Translations under genes and position numbers: made by a program
Shown: piece by piece, positions 29,201 through 44,200 of the stretch
Layout: the number at the start of each line of letters is the position of its first letter
Numbering within the stretch: position 1 is the stretch's first letter
Assembly: GCA_964016885.1 (NCBI GenBank)
Contig: CAXHJY010001633.1
Span: forward strand, 1-64,000
From: Eledone cirrhosa
Taxonomy: Eukaryota
Direction: 5' to 3'
DNA length: 64,000 bases
Notes under the pieces: generated by a model
What the model saw: only the letters and a program-made list of their open reading frames with translations
Databases searched by the model: none
Told to the model about the DNA's origin: nothing

Positions 29201-32200
29201 TGTTGGACTGACCATCAGAATGTTGTAGGTTCAATTGCTAGACTGGGTTGTGTGTTGTGTTCTGTGGAAGTGTGTGGCCTAGTGGTAAGGGTGTTGGACT
29301 GACCATCAGGATGTTGTAGGTTCAATTGCTGGACTGGGTTGCGTTCTGTGGAGCTGTGTGGCCTAGTGGTAAGGGTGTTGGATTGACCATCAGGATGTTG
29401 TAGGTTCAATTGCTGGACTGGGTTGTGTGTTGTGTTCTGTGGAGGTGTGTGGCCTAGTGGTAAGGGTGTTGGACTGACCATCAGAACGTTGTAGGTTCAA
29501 TTGCTGGACTGGGTTGTGTGTTGTGTTCTGTGGAGGTGTGTGGCCTAGTGGTAAGGGTGTTGGACTGACCATCAGGATGTTGTAGGTTCTATTGCTGGAC
29601 TGGGTTGTGTGTTGTGTTCTGTGGAGGTGTGTGGCCTAGTGGTAAGGGTGTTGGACTGACCATCAGAACGTTGTAGGTTCAATTGCTGGACTGGGTTGTG
29701 TGTTGTGTTCTGTGGAGGTGTGTGGCCTAGTGGTAAGGGTGTTGGACTGACCATCAGGATGTTGTAGGTTCTATTGCTGGACTGGGTTGTGTGTTGTGTT
29801 CTGTGGAGGTGTGTGGCCTAGTGGTAAGGGTATTGGACTGACCATCAGAACGTTGTAGGTTCAATTGCTGGACTGGGTTGTGTGTTGTGTTCTGTGGAGG
29901 TGTGTGGCCTAGTGGTAATAGTGTTGGACTGACCATCAGAATGTTGTAGGTTCAATTGCTGGACTGGGTTGTGTATTGTGTTCTGTGGAGGTGTGTAGCC
30001 TAGTGGTAAGGGTGTTGGACTGACCATCAGGATGTTGTAGGTTCAATTGCTAGACTGGGTTGTGTGTTGTGTTCTGTGGAGGTGTGTGGCCTAGTGGTAA
30101 GGGTGTTGGACTGACCATCAGGATGTTGTAGGTTCTATTGCTGGACTGGGTTGTGTGTTGTGTTCTGTGGAGGTGTGTGGCCTAGTGGTAAGGGTGTTGG
30201 ACTGACCATCAGAACGTTGTAGGTTCAATTGCTGGACTGGGTTGTGTGTTGTGTTCTGTGGAGGTGTGTGGCCTAGTGGTAAGGGTGTTGGACTGACCAT
30301 CAGGATGTTGTAGGTTCTATTGCTGGACTGGGTTGTGTGTTGTGTTCTGTGGAGGTGTGTGGCCTAGTGGTAAGGGTGTTGGACTGACCATCAGAACGTT
30401 GTAGGTTCAATTGCTGGACTGGGTTGTGTGTTGTGTTCTGTGGAGGTGTGTGGCCTAGTGGTAATAGTGTTGGACTGACCATCAGAATGTTGTAGGTTCA
30501 ATTGCTGGACTGGGTTGTGTGTTGTGTTCTGTGGAGGTGTGTGGCCTAGTGGTAAGGGTGTTGGACTGACCATCAGGATGTTGTAGGTTCTATTGCTGGA
30601 CTGGGTTGTGTGTTGTGTTCTGTGGAGGTGTGTGGCCTAGTGGTAAGGGTGTTGGACTGACCATCAAAATGTTGTAGGTTCAATTGCTAGACTGGGTTGT
30701 GTGTTGTGTTCTGTGGAGGTGTGTGGCCTAGTGGTAAGGGTGTTGGACTGACCATCAGAATGTTGTATGTTCAATTGCTAGACTGGGTTTTGTGTTGTGT
30801 TCTGTGGAGGTGTGTGGTCTAGTGGTAAGGGTGTTGGACTGACCATCAGGATGTTGTAGGTTCAATTGCTGGACTGGGTTGTGTGTTGTGTTCTGTGGAG
30901 GTGTGTGGCCTAGTGGTAAGGGTGTTGGACTGACCATCAGGATGTTGTAGGTTCAATTCCAGGACTGGGTTGTGTGTTGTCTTCTGTTGAGGTGTGTGGC
31001 CTAGTGGTAAGGGTGTTGGACTGACCATCAGAATGTTGTAGGTTCAATTGCTAGACTGGGTTGTGTGTTGTGTTCTGTGGAGGTGTGTGGCCTAGTGGTA
31101 AGGGTGTTGGACTGACCATCAGAATGTTGTAGGTTCAATTGCTGGACTGGGTTGTGTGTTGTGTTCTGTGGAGGTGTGTGGCCTAGTGGTAAGGGTGTTG
31201 GACTGACCATCAGGATGTTGTATGTTCAATTGCTAGACTTGGTTGTGTGTTGTGTACTGTGGAGGTGTGTGGCCTAGTGGTAAGGGTGTTGGACTGACCA
31301 TCAGGTTGTCGTGGGTTCATTTGCTAGACTTGGTTGTGTGTTGTGTTCTGTGGAGGTGTGTGGCCTAGTGGTAAGGGTGTTGGACTGACCATCAGAATGT
31401 TGTAGGTTCAATTGCTAGACTGGGTTGTGTGTTGTGTTCTGTGGAAGTGTGTGGCCTAGTGGTAAGGGTGTTGGACTGACCATCAGGATGTTGTAGGTTC
31501 AATTGCTGGACTGGGTTGCGTTCTGTGGAGCTGTGTGGCCTAGTGGTAAGGGTGTTGGATTGACCATCAGGATGTTGTAGGTTCAATTGCTGGACTGGGT
31601 TGTGTGTTGTGTTCTGTGGAGGTGTGTGGCCTAGTGGTAAGGGTGTTGGACTGACCATCAGAACGTTGTAGGTTCAATTGCTGGACTGGGTTGTGTGTTG
31701 TGTTCTGTGGAGGTGTGTGGCCTAGTGGTAAGGGTGTTGGACTGACCATCAGGATGTTGTAGGTTCTATTGCTGGACTGGGTTGTGTGTTGTGTTCTGTG
31801 GAGGTGTGTGGCCTAGTGGTAAGGGTGTTGGACTGACCATCAGAACGTTGTAGGTTCAATTGCTGGACTGGGTTGTGTGTTGTGTTCTGTGGAGGTGTGT
31901 GGCCTAGTGGTAAGGGTGTTGGACTGACCATCAGGATGTTGTAGGTTCTATTGCTGGACTGGGTTGTGTGTTGTGTTCTGTGGAGGTGTGTGGCCTAGTG
32001 GTAAGGGTGTTGGACTGACCATCAGAACGTTGTAGGTTCAATTGCTGGACTGGGTTGTGTGTTGTGTTCTGTGGAGGTGTGTGGCCTAGTGGTAATAGTG
32101 TTGGACTGACCATCAGAATGTTGTAGGTTCAATTGCTGGACTGGGTTGTGTATTGTGTTCTGTGGAGGTGTGTGGCCTAGTGGTAAGGGTGTTGGACTGA

Positions 32201-35200
32201 CCATCAGGATGTTGTAGGTTCAATTGCTAGACTGGGTTGTGTGTTGTGTTCTGTGGAGGTGTGTGGCCTAGTGGTAAGGGTGTTGGACTGACCATCAGGA
32301 TGTTGTAGGTTCTATTGCTGGACTGGGTTGTGTGTTGTGTTCTGTGGAGGTGTGTGGCCTAGTGGTAAGGGTGTTGGACTGACCATCAGAACGTTGTAGG
32401 TTCAATTGCTGGACTGGGTTGTGTGTTGTGTTCTGTGGAGGTGTGTGGCCTAGTGGTAAGGGTGTTGGACTGACCATCAGGATGTTGTAGGTTCTATTGC
32501 TGGACTGGGTTGTGTGTTGTGTTCTGTGGAGGTGTGTGGCCTAGTGGTAAGGGTGTTGGACTGACCATCAGAACGTTGTAGGTTCAATTGCTGGACTGGG
32601 TTGTGTGTTGTGTTCTGTGGAGGTGTGTGGCCTAGTGGTAATAGTGTTGGACTGACCATCAGAATGTTGTAGGTTCAATTGCTGGACTGGGTTGTGTGTT
32701 GTGTTCTGTGGAGGTGTGTGGCCTAGTGGTAAGGGTGTTGGACTGACCATCAGGATGTTGTAGGTTCAATTGCTAGACTGGGTTGTGTGTTGTGTTCTGT
32801 GGAGGTGTGTGGCCTAGTGGTAAGGGTGTTGGACTGACCATCAGGATGTTGTAGGTTCTATTGCTGGACTGGGTTGTGTGTTGTGTTCTGTGGAGGTGTG
32901 TGGCCTAGTGGTAAGGGTGTCGGACTGACCATCAGGATGTTGTAGGTTCAATTGCTAGACTGGGTTGTGTGTTGTGTTCTGTGGAGGTGTGTGGCCTAGT
33001 GGTAAGGGTGTTGGACTGACCATCAGGATGTTGTAGGTTCAATTGCTGGACTGGGTTGTGTGTTGTGTTCTGTGGAGGTGTGTGGCCTAGTGGTAAGGGT
33101 GTTGGACTGACCATCAGGATGTTGTAGGATCTATTGCTGGACTGGGTTGTGTGTTGTGTTCTCTGGAGGTGTGTGGTCTAGTGATAAGGGTGTTGGACTG
33201 ACCATCAGAATGTTGTAGGTTCAATTGCTGGACTGGGTTGTGTGTTGTGTTCTGAGGAAGTGTGTGGCCTAGTGGTAAGGGTGTTGGACTGACCATCAGG
33301 ATGTTGTAGGTTCAATTGCTGGACTGGGTTGTGTGTTGTGTTCTGTGGAAGTGTGTGACCTAGTGGTATGGGTGTGGGACTGACCATCAGGATGTTGTAG
33401 GTTCAATTGCTAGACTGGGTTGTGTGTTGTGTTCTGTGGAGGTGTGTGGCCTAGTGGTAAGGGTGTTGGACTGACCATCAGAATGTTGTAGGTTCAATTG
33501 TTGGAATGGGTTGTGTGTTGTGTTCTGTGGAGGTGTGTGGCCTAGTGGTAAGGGTGTTGGACTGACCATCAGAATGTTGTAGGTTCAATTGCTGGACTGG
33601 ATTGTGTGTTGTGTTCTGTGGAGGTGTGTGGCCTAGTGGTAAGGGTGTTGGACTGACCATCAGGATGTTGTAGGTTCTATTGCTAGACTGGGTTGTGTGT
33701 TGTGTTCTGTGGAGGTGTGTGGTCTAGTAGTAAGGGTGTTGGACTGACCATCAGGATGTTGTAGGTTCAATTGCTGGACTGGGTTGTGTTCTGTGGAGCT
33801 GTGTGGCCTAGTGGTAAGGGTGTTGGATTGACCATCAGGATGTTGTAGGTTCAATTGCTGGACTGGGTTGTGTGTTGTGTTCTGTGGAGGTGTGTGGCCT
33901 AGTGGTAAGGGTGTTGGACTGACCATCAAAATGTTGTATGTTCAATTGCTAGACTGGGTTGTGTGTTGTGTTCTGTGGAAGTGTGTGGCCTAGTGGTAAG
34001 GGTGTTGGATTGACCATCAGGATGTTGTAGGTTCAATTGCTGGACTGGGTTGTGTGTTGTGTTCTGTGGAGGTGTGTGGCCTAGTGGTAAGGGTGTTGGA
34101 CTGACCATCAGAACGTTGTAGGTTCAATTGCTGGACTGGGTTGTGTGTTGTGTTCTGTGGAGGTGTGTGGCCTAGTGGTAAGGGTGTTGGACTGACCATC
34201 AGAATGTTGTAGGTTCAATTGCTGGACTGGGTTGTGTGTTGTGTTCTGTGGAAGTGTGTGGCCTAGTGGTAAGGGTGTTGGACTGACCATCAGAATGTTG
34301 TATGTTCAATTGCTAGACTGGGTTTTGTGTTGTGTTCTGTGGAGGTGTGTGGCCTAGTGGTAAGGGTGTTGGACTGACCATCAGAATGTTGTAGGTTCAA
34401 TTGCTGGACTGGTTTGTGTGTTGTGTTCTGTGGAGGTGTGTGGCCTAGTGGTAAGGGTGTTGGACTGACCATCAGGATGTTGTAGGTTCAATTGCTGGAC
34501 TGGGTTGTGTGTTGTGTTCTGTGGAGGTGTGTGGCCTAGTGTTAAGGGTGTTGGACTGACCATCATGATGTTGTAGGTTCTATTGCTGGACTGGGTTGTG
34601 TGTTGTGTTCTCTGGAGGTGTGTGGTCTAGTGGTAAGGGTGTTGGACTGACCATCAGAATGTTGTAGGTTCAATTGCTGGACTGGGTTGTGTGTTGTGTT
34701 CTGAGGAAGTGTGTGGCCTAGTGGTAAGGGTGTTGGACTGACCATCAGGATGTTGTAGGTTCAATTGCTGGACTGGGTTGTGTGTTGTGTTCTGTGGAAG
34801 TGTGTGACCTAGTGGTATGGGTGTGGGACTGGCCATCAGGATGTTGTAGGTTCAATTGCTAGACTGGGTTGTGTGTTGTGTTCTGTGGAGGTGTGTGGCC
34901 TAGTGGTAAGGGTGTTGGACTGACCATCAGAATGTTGTAGGTTCAATTGTTGGAATGGGTTGTGTGTTGTGTTCTGTGGAGGTGTGTGGCCTAGTGGTAA
35001 GGGTGTTGGACTGACCATCAGAATGTTGTAGGTTCAATTGCTGGACTGGATTGTGTGTTGTGTTCTATGGAAGTGTGTGGCCTAGTGGTAAAGGTGTTGG
35101 ACTGACCATCAGGATGTTGTAGGTTCTATTGCTAGACTGGGTTGTGTGTTGTGTTCTGTGGAGGTGTGTGGCCTAGTGGTAAGGGTGTTGGACTGACCAT

Positions 35201-38200
35201 CAGGATGTTGTAGGTTCTATTGCTAGACTGGGTTGTGTGTTGTGTTCTGTGGAGGTGTGTGGTCTAGTGGTAAGGGTGTTGGACTGACCATCAGGATGTT
35301 GTAGGTTCAATTGCTGGACTGGGTTGTGTTCTGTGGAGCTGTGTGGCCTAGTGGTAAGGGTGTTGGATTGACCATCAGGATGTTGTAGGTTCAATTGCTG
35401 GACTGGGTTGTGTGTTGTGTTCTGTGGAGGTGTGTGGCCTAGTGGTAAGGGTGTTGGACTGACCATCAAAATGTTGTATGTTCAATTGCTAGACTGGGTT
35501 GTGTGTTGTGTTCTGTGGAAGTGTGTGGCCTAGTGGTAAGGGTGTTGGATTGACCATCAGGATGTTGTAGGTTCAATTGCTGGACTGGGTTGTGTGTTGT
35601 GTTCTGTGGAGGTGTGTGGCCTAGTGGTAAGGGTGTTGGACTGACCAGCAGAACGTTGTAGGTTCAATTGCTGGACTGGGTTGTGTGTTGTGTTCTGTGG
35701 AGGTGTGTGGCCTAGTGGTAAGGGTGTTGGACTGACCATCAGAATGTTGTAGGTTCAATTGCTGGACTGGGTTGTGTGTTGTGTTCTGTGGAAGTGTGTG
35801 GCCTAGTGGTAAGGGTGTTGGACTGACCATCAGAATGTTGTATGTTCAATTGCTAGACTGGGTTTTGTGTTGTGTTCTGTGGAGGTGTGTGGCCTAGTGG
35901 TAAGGGTGTTGGACTGACCATCAGAATGTTGTAGGTTCAATTGCTGGACTGGGTTGTGTGTTGTGTTCTGTGGAGGTGTGTGGCCTAGTGGTAAGGGTGT
36001 TGGACTGACCATCAGGATGTTGTATGTTCAATTGCTAGACTGGGTTGTGTGTTGTGTTCTGTGGAGGTGTGTGGCCTAGTGGTAAGGGTGTTGGACTGAC
36101 CATCAGGTTGTCGTGGGTTCATTTGCTAGACTTGGTTGTGTGTTGTGTTCTGTGGAGGTGTGTGGCCTAGTGGTAAGGGTGTTGGACTGACCATCAGAAT
36201 GTTGTAGGTTCAATTGCTAGACTGGGTTGTGTGTTGTGTTCTGTGGAGGTGTGTGGCCTAGTGGTAAGGGTGTTGGACTGACCATCAAAATGTTGTATGT
36301 TCAATTGCTAGACTGGGTTGTGTGTTGTGTTCTGTGGAAGTGTGTGGCCTAGTGGTAAGGGTGTTGGATTGACCATCAGGATGTTGTAGGTTCAATTGCT
36401 GGACTGGGTTGTGTGTTGTGTTCTGTGGAGCTGTGTGGCCTAGTGGTAAGGGTGTTGGATTGACCATCAGGATGTTGTAGGTTCAATTGCTGGAATGGGT
36501 TGTGTGTTGTGTTCTGTGGAGGTGTGTGGCCTAGTGGTAAGGGTGTTGGACTGACCATCAGGATGTTGTAGGTTCAATTGCTGGACTGGGTTGTGTGTTG
36601 TGTTCTGTGGAGGTGTGTGGCCTAGTGGTAAGGGTGTTGGACTGACCATCAGGATGTTGTAGGTTCTATTGCTGGACTGGGTTGTGTGTTGTGTTCTGTG
36701 GAGGTGTGTGGCCTAGTGGTAAGGGTGTTGGACTGACCATCAGAATGTTGTAGGTTCAATTGCTAGACTGGGTTGTGTGTTGTGTTCTGTGGAGGTGTGT
36801 GGCCTAGTGGTAAGGGTGTTGGACTGACCATCAGGATGTTGTAGGTTCAATTGCTGGACTGGGTTGTGTGTTGTGTTCTGTGGAAGTGTGTGACCTAGTG
36901 GTATGGGTGTGGGACTGACCATCAGGATGTTGTAGGTTCAATTGCTAGACTGGGTTGTGTGTTGTGTTCTGTGGAGGTGTGTGGCCTAGTGGTAAGGGTG
37001 TTGGACTGACCATCAGAATGTTGTAGGTTCAATTGTTGGAATGGGTTGTGTGTTGTGTTCTGTGGAGGTGTGTGGCCTAGTGGTAAGGGTGTTGGACTGA
37101 CCATCAGAACGTTGTAGGTTCAATTGCTGGACTGGGTTGTGTGTTGTGTTCTGTGGAGGTGTGTGGCCTAGTGGTAAGGGTGTTGGACTGACCATCAGAA
37201 TGTTGTAGGTTCAATTGCTGGACTGGGTTGTGTGTTGTGTTCTGTGGAAGTGTGTGGCCTAGTGGTAAGGGTGTTGGACTGACCATCAGAATGTTGTATG
37301 TTCAATTGCTAGACTGGGTTTTGTGTTGTGTTCTGTGGAGGTGTGTGGCCTAGTGGTAAGGGTGTTGGACTGACCATCAGAATGTTGTAGGTTCAATTGC
37401 TGGACTGGGTTGTGTGTTGTGTTCTGTGGAGGTGTGTGGCCTAGTGGTAAGGGTGTTGGACTGACCATCAGGATGTTGTAGGTTCAATTGCTGGACTGGG
37501 TTGTGTGTTGTGTTCTGTGGAGGTGTGTGGCCTAGTGTTAAGGGTGTTGGACTGACCATCATGATGTTGTAGGTTCTATTGCTGGACTGGGTTGTGTGTT
37601 GTGTTCTCTGGAGGTGTGTGGTCTAGTGGTAAGGGTGTTGGACTGACCATCAGAATGTTGTAGGTTCAATTGCTGGACTGGGTTGTGTGTTGTGTTCTGA
37701 GGAAGTGTGTGGCCTAGTGGTAAGGGTGTTGGACTGACCATCAGGATGTTGTAGGTTCAATTGCTGGACTGGGTTGTGTGTTGTGTTCTGTGGAAGTGTG
37801 TGACCTAGTGGTATGGGTGTGGGACTGGCCATCAGGATGTTGTAGGTTCAATTGCTAGACTGGGTTGTGTGTTGTGTTCTGTGGAGGTGTGTGGCCTAGT
37901 GGTAAGGGTGTTGGACTGACCATCAGAATGTTGTAGGTTCAATTGTTGGAATGGGTTGTGTGTTGTGTTCTGTGGAGGTGTGTGGCCTAGTGGTAAGGGT
38001 GTTGGACTGACCATCAGAATGTTGTAGGTTCAATTGCTGGACTGGATTGTGTGTTGTGTTCTATGGAAGTGTGTGGCCTAGTGGTAAAGGTGTTGGACTG
38101 ACCATCAGGATGTTGTAGGTTCTATTGCTAGACTGGGTTGTGTGTTGTGTTCTGTGGAGGTGTGTGGCCTAGTGGTAAGGGTGTTGGACTGACCATCAGG

Positions 38201-41200
38201 ATGTTGTAGGTTCTATTGCTAGACTGGGTTGTGTGTTGTGTTCTGTGGAGGTGTGTGGTCTAGTGGTAAGGGTGTTGGACTGACCATCAGGATGTTGTAG
38301 GTTCAATTGCTGGACTGGGTTGTGTTCTGTGGAGCTGTGTGGCCTAGTGGTAAGGGTGTTGGATTGACCATCAGGATGTTGTAGGTTCAATTGCTGGACT
38401 GGGTTGTGTGTTGTGTTCTGTGGAGGTGTGTGGCCTAGTGGTAAGGGTGTTGGACTGACCATCAGGATGTTGTAGGTTCAATTGCTGGACTGGGTTGTGT
38501 GTTGTGTTCTGTGGAGGTGTGTGGCCTAGTGTTAAGGGTGTTGGACTGACCATCATGATGTTGTAGGTTCTATTGCTGGACTGGGTTGTGTGTTGTGTTC
38601 TCTGGAGGTGTGTGGTCTAGTGGTAAGGGTGTTGGACTGACCATCAGAATGTTGTAGGTTCAATTGCTGGACTGGGTTGTGTGTTGTGTTCTGAGGAAGT
38701 GTGTGGCCTAGTGGTAAGGGTGTTGGACTGACCATCAGGATGTTGTAGGTTCAATTGCTGGACTGGGTTGTGTGTTGTGTTCTGTGGAAGTGTGTGACCT
38801 AGTGGTATGGGTGTGGGACTGGCCATCAGGATGTTGTAGGTTCAATTGCTGGACTGGGTTGTGTGTTGTGTTCTGTGGAGGTGTGTGGCCTAGTGGTAAG
38901 TGTGTTGGACTGACCATCAGGATGTTGTAGGTTCAATTGCTGGACTGGGTTGTGTGTTGTGTTCTGTGGAGGTGTGTGGCCTAGTGTTAAGGGTGTTGGA
39001 CTGACCATCATGATGTTGTAGGTTCTATTGCTGGACTGGGTTGTGTGTTGTGTTCTCTGGAGGTGTGTGGTCTAGTGGTAAGGGTGTTGGACTGACCATC
39101 AGAATGTTGTAGGTTCAATTGCTGGACTGGGTTGTGTGTTGTGTTCTGAGGAAGTGTGTGGCCTAGTGGTAAGGGTGTTGGACTGACCATCAGGATGTTG
39201 TAGGTTCAATTGCTGGACTGGGTTGTGTGTTGTGTTCTGTGGAAGTGTGTGACCTAGTGGTATGGGTGTGGGACTGGCCATCAGGATGTTGTAGGTTCAA
39301 TTGCTAGACTGGGTTGTGTGTTGTGTTCTGTGGAGGTGTGTGGCCTAGTGGTAAGGGTGTTGGACTGACCATCAGAATGTTGTAGGTTCAATTGTTGGAA
39401 TGGGTTGTGTGTTGTGTTCTGTGGAGGTGTGTGGCCTAGTGGTAAGGGTGTTGGACTGACCATCAGAATGTTGTAGGTTCAATTGCTGGACTGGATTGTG
39501 TGTTGTGTTCTATGGAAGTGTGTGGCCTAGTGGTAAAGGTGTTGGACTGACCATCAGGATGTTGTAGGTTCTATTGCTAGACTGGGTTGTGTGTTGTGTT
39601 CTGTGGAGGTGTGTGGCCTAGTGGTAAGGGTGTTGGACTGACCATCAGGATGTTGTAGGTTCTATTGCTAGACTGGGTTGTGTGTTGTGTTCTGTGGAGG
39701 TGTGTGGTCTAGTGGTAAGGGTGTTGGACTGACCATCAGGATGTTGTAGGTTCAATTGCTGGACTGGGTTGTGTTCTGTGGAGCTGTGTGGCCTAGTGGT
39801 AAGGGTGTTGGATTGACCATCAGGATGTTGTAGGTTCAATTGCTGGACTGGGTTGTGTGTTGTGTTCTGTGGAGGTGTGTGGCCTAGTGGTAAGGGTGTT
39901 GGACTAACCATCAAAATGTTGTATGTTCAATTGCTAGACTGGGTTGTGTGTTGTGTTCTGTGGAAGTGTGTGGCCTAGTGGTAAGGGTGTTGGATTGACC
40001 ATCAGGATGTTGTAGGTTCAATTGCTGCACTGGGTTGTGTGTTGTGTTCTGTGGAGGTGTGTGGCCTAGTGGTAAGGGTGTTGGACTGACCAGCAGAACG
40101 TTGTAGGTTCAATTGCTGGACTGGGTTGTGTGTTGTGTTCTGTGGAGGTGTGTGGCCTAGTGGTAAGGGTGTTGGACTGACCATCAGAATGTTGTAGGTT
40201 CAATTGCTGGACTGGGTTGTGTGTTGTGTTCTGTGGAAGTGTGTGGCCTAGTGGTAAGGGTGTTGGACTGACCATCAGAATGTTGTATGTTCAATTGCTA
40301 GACTGGGTTTTGTGTTGTGTTCTGTGGAGGTGTGTGGCCTAGTGGTAAGGGTGTTGGACTGACCATCAGAATGTTGTAGGTTCAATTGCTGGACTGGGTT
40401 GTGTGTTGTGTTCTGTGGAGGTGTGTGGCCTAGTGGTAAGGGTGTTGGACTGACCATCAGGATGTTGTATGTTCAATTGCTAGACTGGGTTGTGTGTTGT
40501 GTTCTGTGGAGGTGTGTGGCCTAGTGGTAAGGGTGTTGGACTGACCATCAGGTTGTCGTGGGTTCATTTGCTAGACTTGGTTGTGTGTTGTGTTCTGTGG
40601 AGGTGTGTGGCCTAGTGGTAAGGGTGTTGGACTGACCATCAGAATGTTGTAGGTTCAATTGCTAGACTGGGTTGTGTGTTGTGTTCTGTGGAGGTGTGTG
40701 GCCTAGTGGTAAGGGTGTTGGACTGACCATCAAAATGTTGTATGTTCAATTGCTAGACTGGGTTGTGTGTTGTGTTCTGTGGAAGTGTGTGGCCTAGTGG
40801 TAAGGGTGTTGGATTGACCATCAGGATGTTGTAGGTTCAATTGCTGGACTGGGTTGTGTGTTGTGTTCTGTGGAGCTGTGTGGCCTAGTGGTAAGGGTGT
40901 TGGATTGACCATCAGGATGTTGTAGGTTCAATTGCTGGAATGGGTTGTGTGTTGTGTTCTGTGGAGGTGTGTGGCCTAGTGGTAAGGGTGTTGGACTGAC
41001 CATCAGGATGTTGTAGGTTCAATTGCTGGACTGGGTTGTGTGTTGTGTTCTGTGGAGGTGTGTGGCCTAGTGGTAAGGGTGTTGGACTGACCATCAGGAT
41101 GTTGTAGGTTCTATTGCTGGACTGGGTTGTGTGTTGTGTTCTGTGGAGGTGTGTGGCCTAGTGGTAAGGGTGTTGGACTGACCATCAGAATGTTGTAGGT

Positions 41201-44200
41201 TCAATTGCTAGACTGGGTTGTGTGTTGTGTTCTGTGGAGGTGTGTGGCCTAGTGGTAAGGGTGTTGGACTGACAAACAGAATGTTGTAGGTTCAATTGCT
41301 GGACTGGGTTGTGTGTTGTGTTCTGTGGAGGTGTGTGGCCTAGTGGTAAGGGTGTTGGACTGACCATCAGGATGTTGTATGTTCAATTGCTAGACTGGGT
41401 TGTGTGTTGTGTTCTGTGGAGGTGTGTGGCCTAGTGGTAAGGGTGTTGGACTGACCATCAGGATGTCGTGGGTTCATTTGCTAGACTTGGTTGTGTGTTG
41501 TGTTCTGTGGAGAGGTGTGGCCTAGTGGTAAGGGTGTTGGACTGACCATCAGGATGTTGTAGGTTCAATTGCTGGACTGGGTTGTGTGTTGTGTTCTGTG
41601 GAGGTGTGTGGTCTAGTGGTAAGGGTGTTGGACTGACCATCAGGATGTTGTAGGTTCAATTGATGGACTGGGTTGTGTGTTGTGTTCTGTGGAGGTGTGT
41701 GGCTTAGTGGTAAGGGTGTTGGACTGACCATCAGGATGTTGTAGGTTCAATTGCTAGACTGCGTTGTGTTGTGTTCTGTGGAGAGGTGTGGCCTAGTGGT
41801 AAGGGTGTTGGACTGACCATCAGGATGTTGTAGGTTCAATTGCTAGACTGGGTTGTGTGTTGTGTTCTGTGGAGGTGTGTGGCCTAGTGGTAAGGGTGTT
41901 GGACTGACCATCAGGATGTTGTAGGCTCAATTGCTGGACTGGGTTGTGTGTTGTGTTCTGTGGAAGTGTGTGGCCTAGTGGTAAGGGTGTGGGACTGACC
42001 ATCAGGATGTTGTATGTTCAATTGTTGGACTGGGTTGTGTGTTGTGTTCTGTGGAGGTGTGTGGCCTAGTGGTAAGGGTGTTGGACTGATCATCAGAATG
42101 TTGTAGGTTCAATTGCTGGACTGGGTTGTGTGTTGTGTTCTGTGGAGGTGTGTGGCCTAGTGGTAAGGGTGTTGGACTGACCATCAGAATGTTGTAGGTT
42201 CAATTGCTAGACTGGGTTGTGTGTTGTGTTCTGTGGAAGTGTGTGGCCTAGTGGTAAGGGTGTTGGACTGACCATCAGGATGTTGTAGGTTCAATTGCTA
42301 GACTGGGTTGTGTGTTGTGTTCTGTGGAAGTGTGTGGCCTAGTGGTAAGGGTGTTGGACTGACCATCAGGATGTTGTAGGTTCTATTGCTAGACTGGGTT
42401 GTGTGTTGTGTTCTGTGGAGGTGTGTGGCCTAGTGGTAAGGGTGTTGGACTGACCATCAGAATGTTGTATGTTCAATTGCTAGACTGGGTTTTGTGTTGT
42501 GTTCTGTGGAGGTGTGTGGCCTAGTGGTAAGGGTGTTGGACTGACCATCAGAATGTTGTAGGTTCAATTGCTGGACTGGGTTGTGTGTTGTGTTTTGTGG
42601 AAGTGTGTGGCCTAGTGGTAAGGGTGTTGGACTGACCATCAGAATGTTGTATGTTCAATTGCTAGACTGGGTTGTGTGTTGTGTTCTGTGGAGGTGTGTG
42701 GCCTAGTGGTAAGTGTGTTGGACTGACCATCATAATGTTGTAGGTTCAATTGCTAGACTGGGTTGTGTGTTGTGTTCTGTGGAGGTGTGTGGGCTAGTGG
42801 TAAGGGTGTTGGACTGACCATCAGAATGTTGTATGTTCAATTGCTGGACTGGGTTGTGTGTTGTGTTCTGTGGAGGTGTGTGGCCTAGTGGTAAGGGTGT
42901 TGGACTGACCATCAAAATGTTGTAGGTTCAATTGCTAGACTGGGTTGTGTGTTGTGTTCTGTGGAGGTGTGTGGCCTAGTGGTAAGGGTGTTGGACTGAC
43001 CATCAGAATGTTGTAGGTTCAATTGCTGGACTGGGTTGTGTGTTGTGTTCTGTGGAGGTGTGTGGCCTAGTGGTAAGGGTGTTGGACTGACCATCAGGAT
43101 GTTGTAGGTTCAATTGCTAGACTGGGTTGTGTGTTGTGTTCTGTGGAGGTGTGTGGCCTAGTGGTAAGGGTGTTGGACTGACCATCAGAATGTTGTAGGT
43201 TCAATTCCAGGACTGGGTTGTGTGTTGTCTTCTGTTGAGGTGTGTGGCCTAGTGGTAAGGGTGTTGGACTGACCATCAGAATGTTGTAGGTTCAATCGCT
43301 GGACTGGATTGTGTGTTGTGTTCTATGGAAGTGTGTGGCCTAGTGGTAAGTGTGTTGGACTGACCATCAGGATGTTGTAGGTTCAATTGCTGGACTGGGT
43401 TGTGTGTTGTATTCTATGGAAGTGTGTGGCCTAGTGGTAAGGGTGTTGGACTGACCATCAGGATGTTGTAGGTTCAATTGCTAGACTGGGTTGTGTGTTG
43501 TGTTCTGTGGAAGTGTGTGGCCTAGTGGTAAGGGTATTGGACTGACCATCAGGATGTTGTAGGTTCTATTGCTAGACTGGGTTGTGTGTTGTGTTCTGTG
43601 GAGGTGTGTGGCCTAGTGGTAAGGGTGTTGGACTGACCATCAGGATGTTGTATGTTCAATTGCTAGACTGGGTTGTGTGTTGTGTTCTGTGGAGGTGTGT
43701 GGCCTAGTGGTAAGGGTGTTGGACTGACCATCAGAATGTTGTAGGTTCAATTCCAGGACTGGGTTGTGTGTTGTGTTCTGTTGAGGTGTGTGGCCTAGTG
43801 GTAAGGGTGTTGGACTGACCATCAGGATGTTGTAGGATCTATTGCTGGACTGGGTTGTGTGTTGTGTTCTCTGGAGGTGTGTGGTCTAGTGGTAAGGGTG
43901 TTGGACTGACCATCAGAATGTTGTAGGTTCAATTGCTGGACTGGGTTGTGTGTTGTGTTCTGAGGAAGTGTGTGGCCTAGTGGTAAGGGTGTTGGACTGA
44001 CCATCAGGATGTTGTAGGTTCAATTGCTGGACTGGGTTGTGTGTTGTGTTCTGTGGAAGTGTGTGACCTAGTGGTATGGGTGTGGGACTGACCATCAGGA
44101 TGTTGTAGGTTCAATTGCTAGACTGGGTTGTGTGTTGTGTTCTGTGGAGGTGTGTGGCCTAGTGGTAAGGGTGTTGGACTGACCATCAGAATGTTGTAGG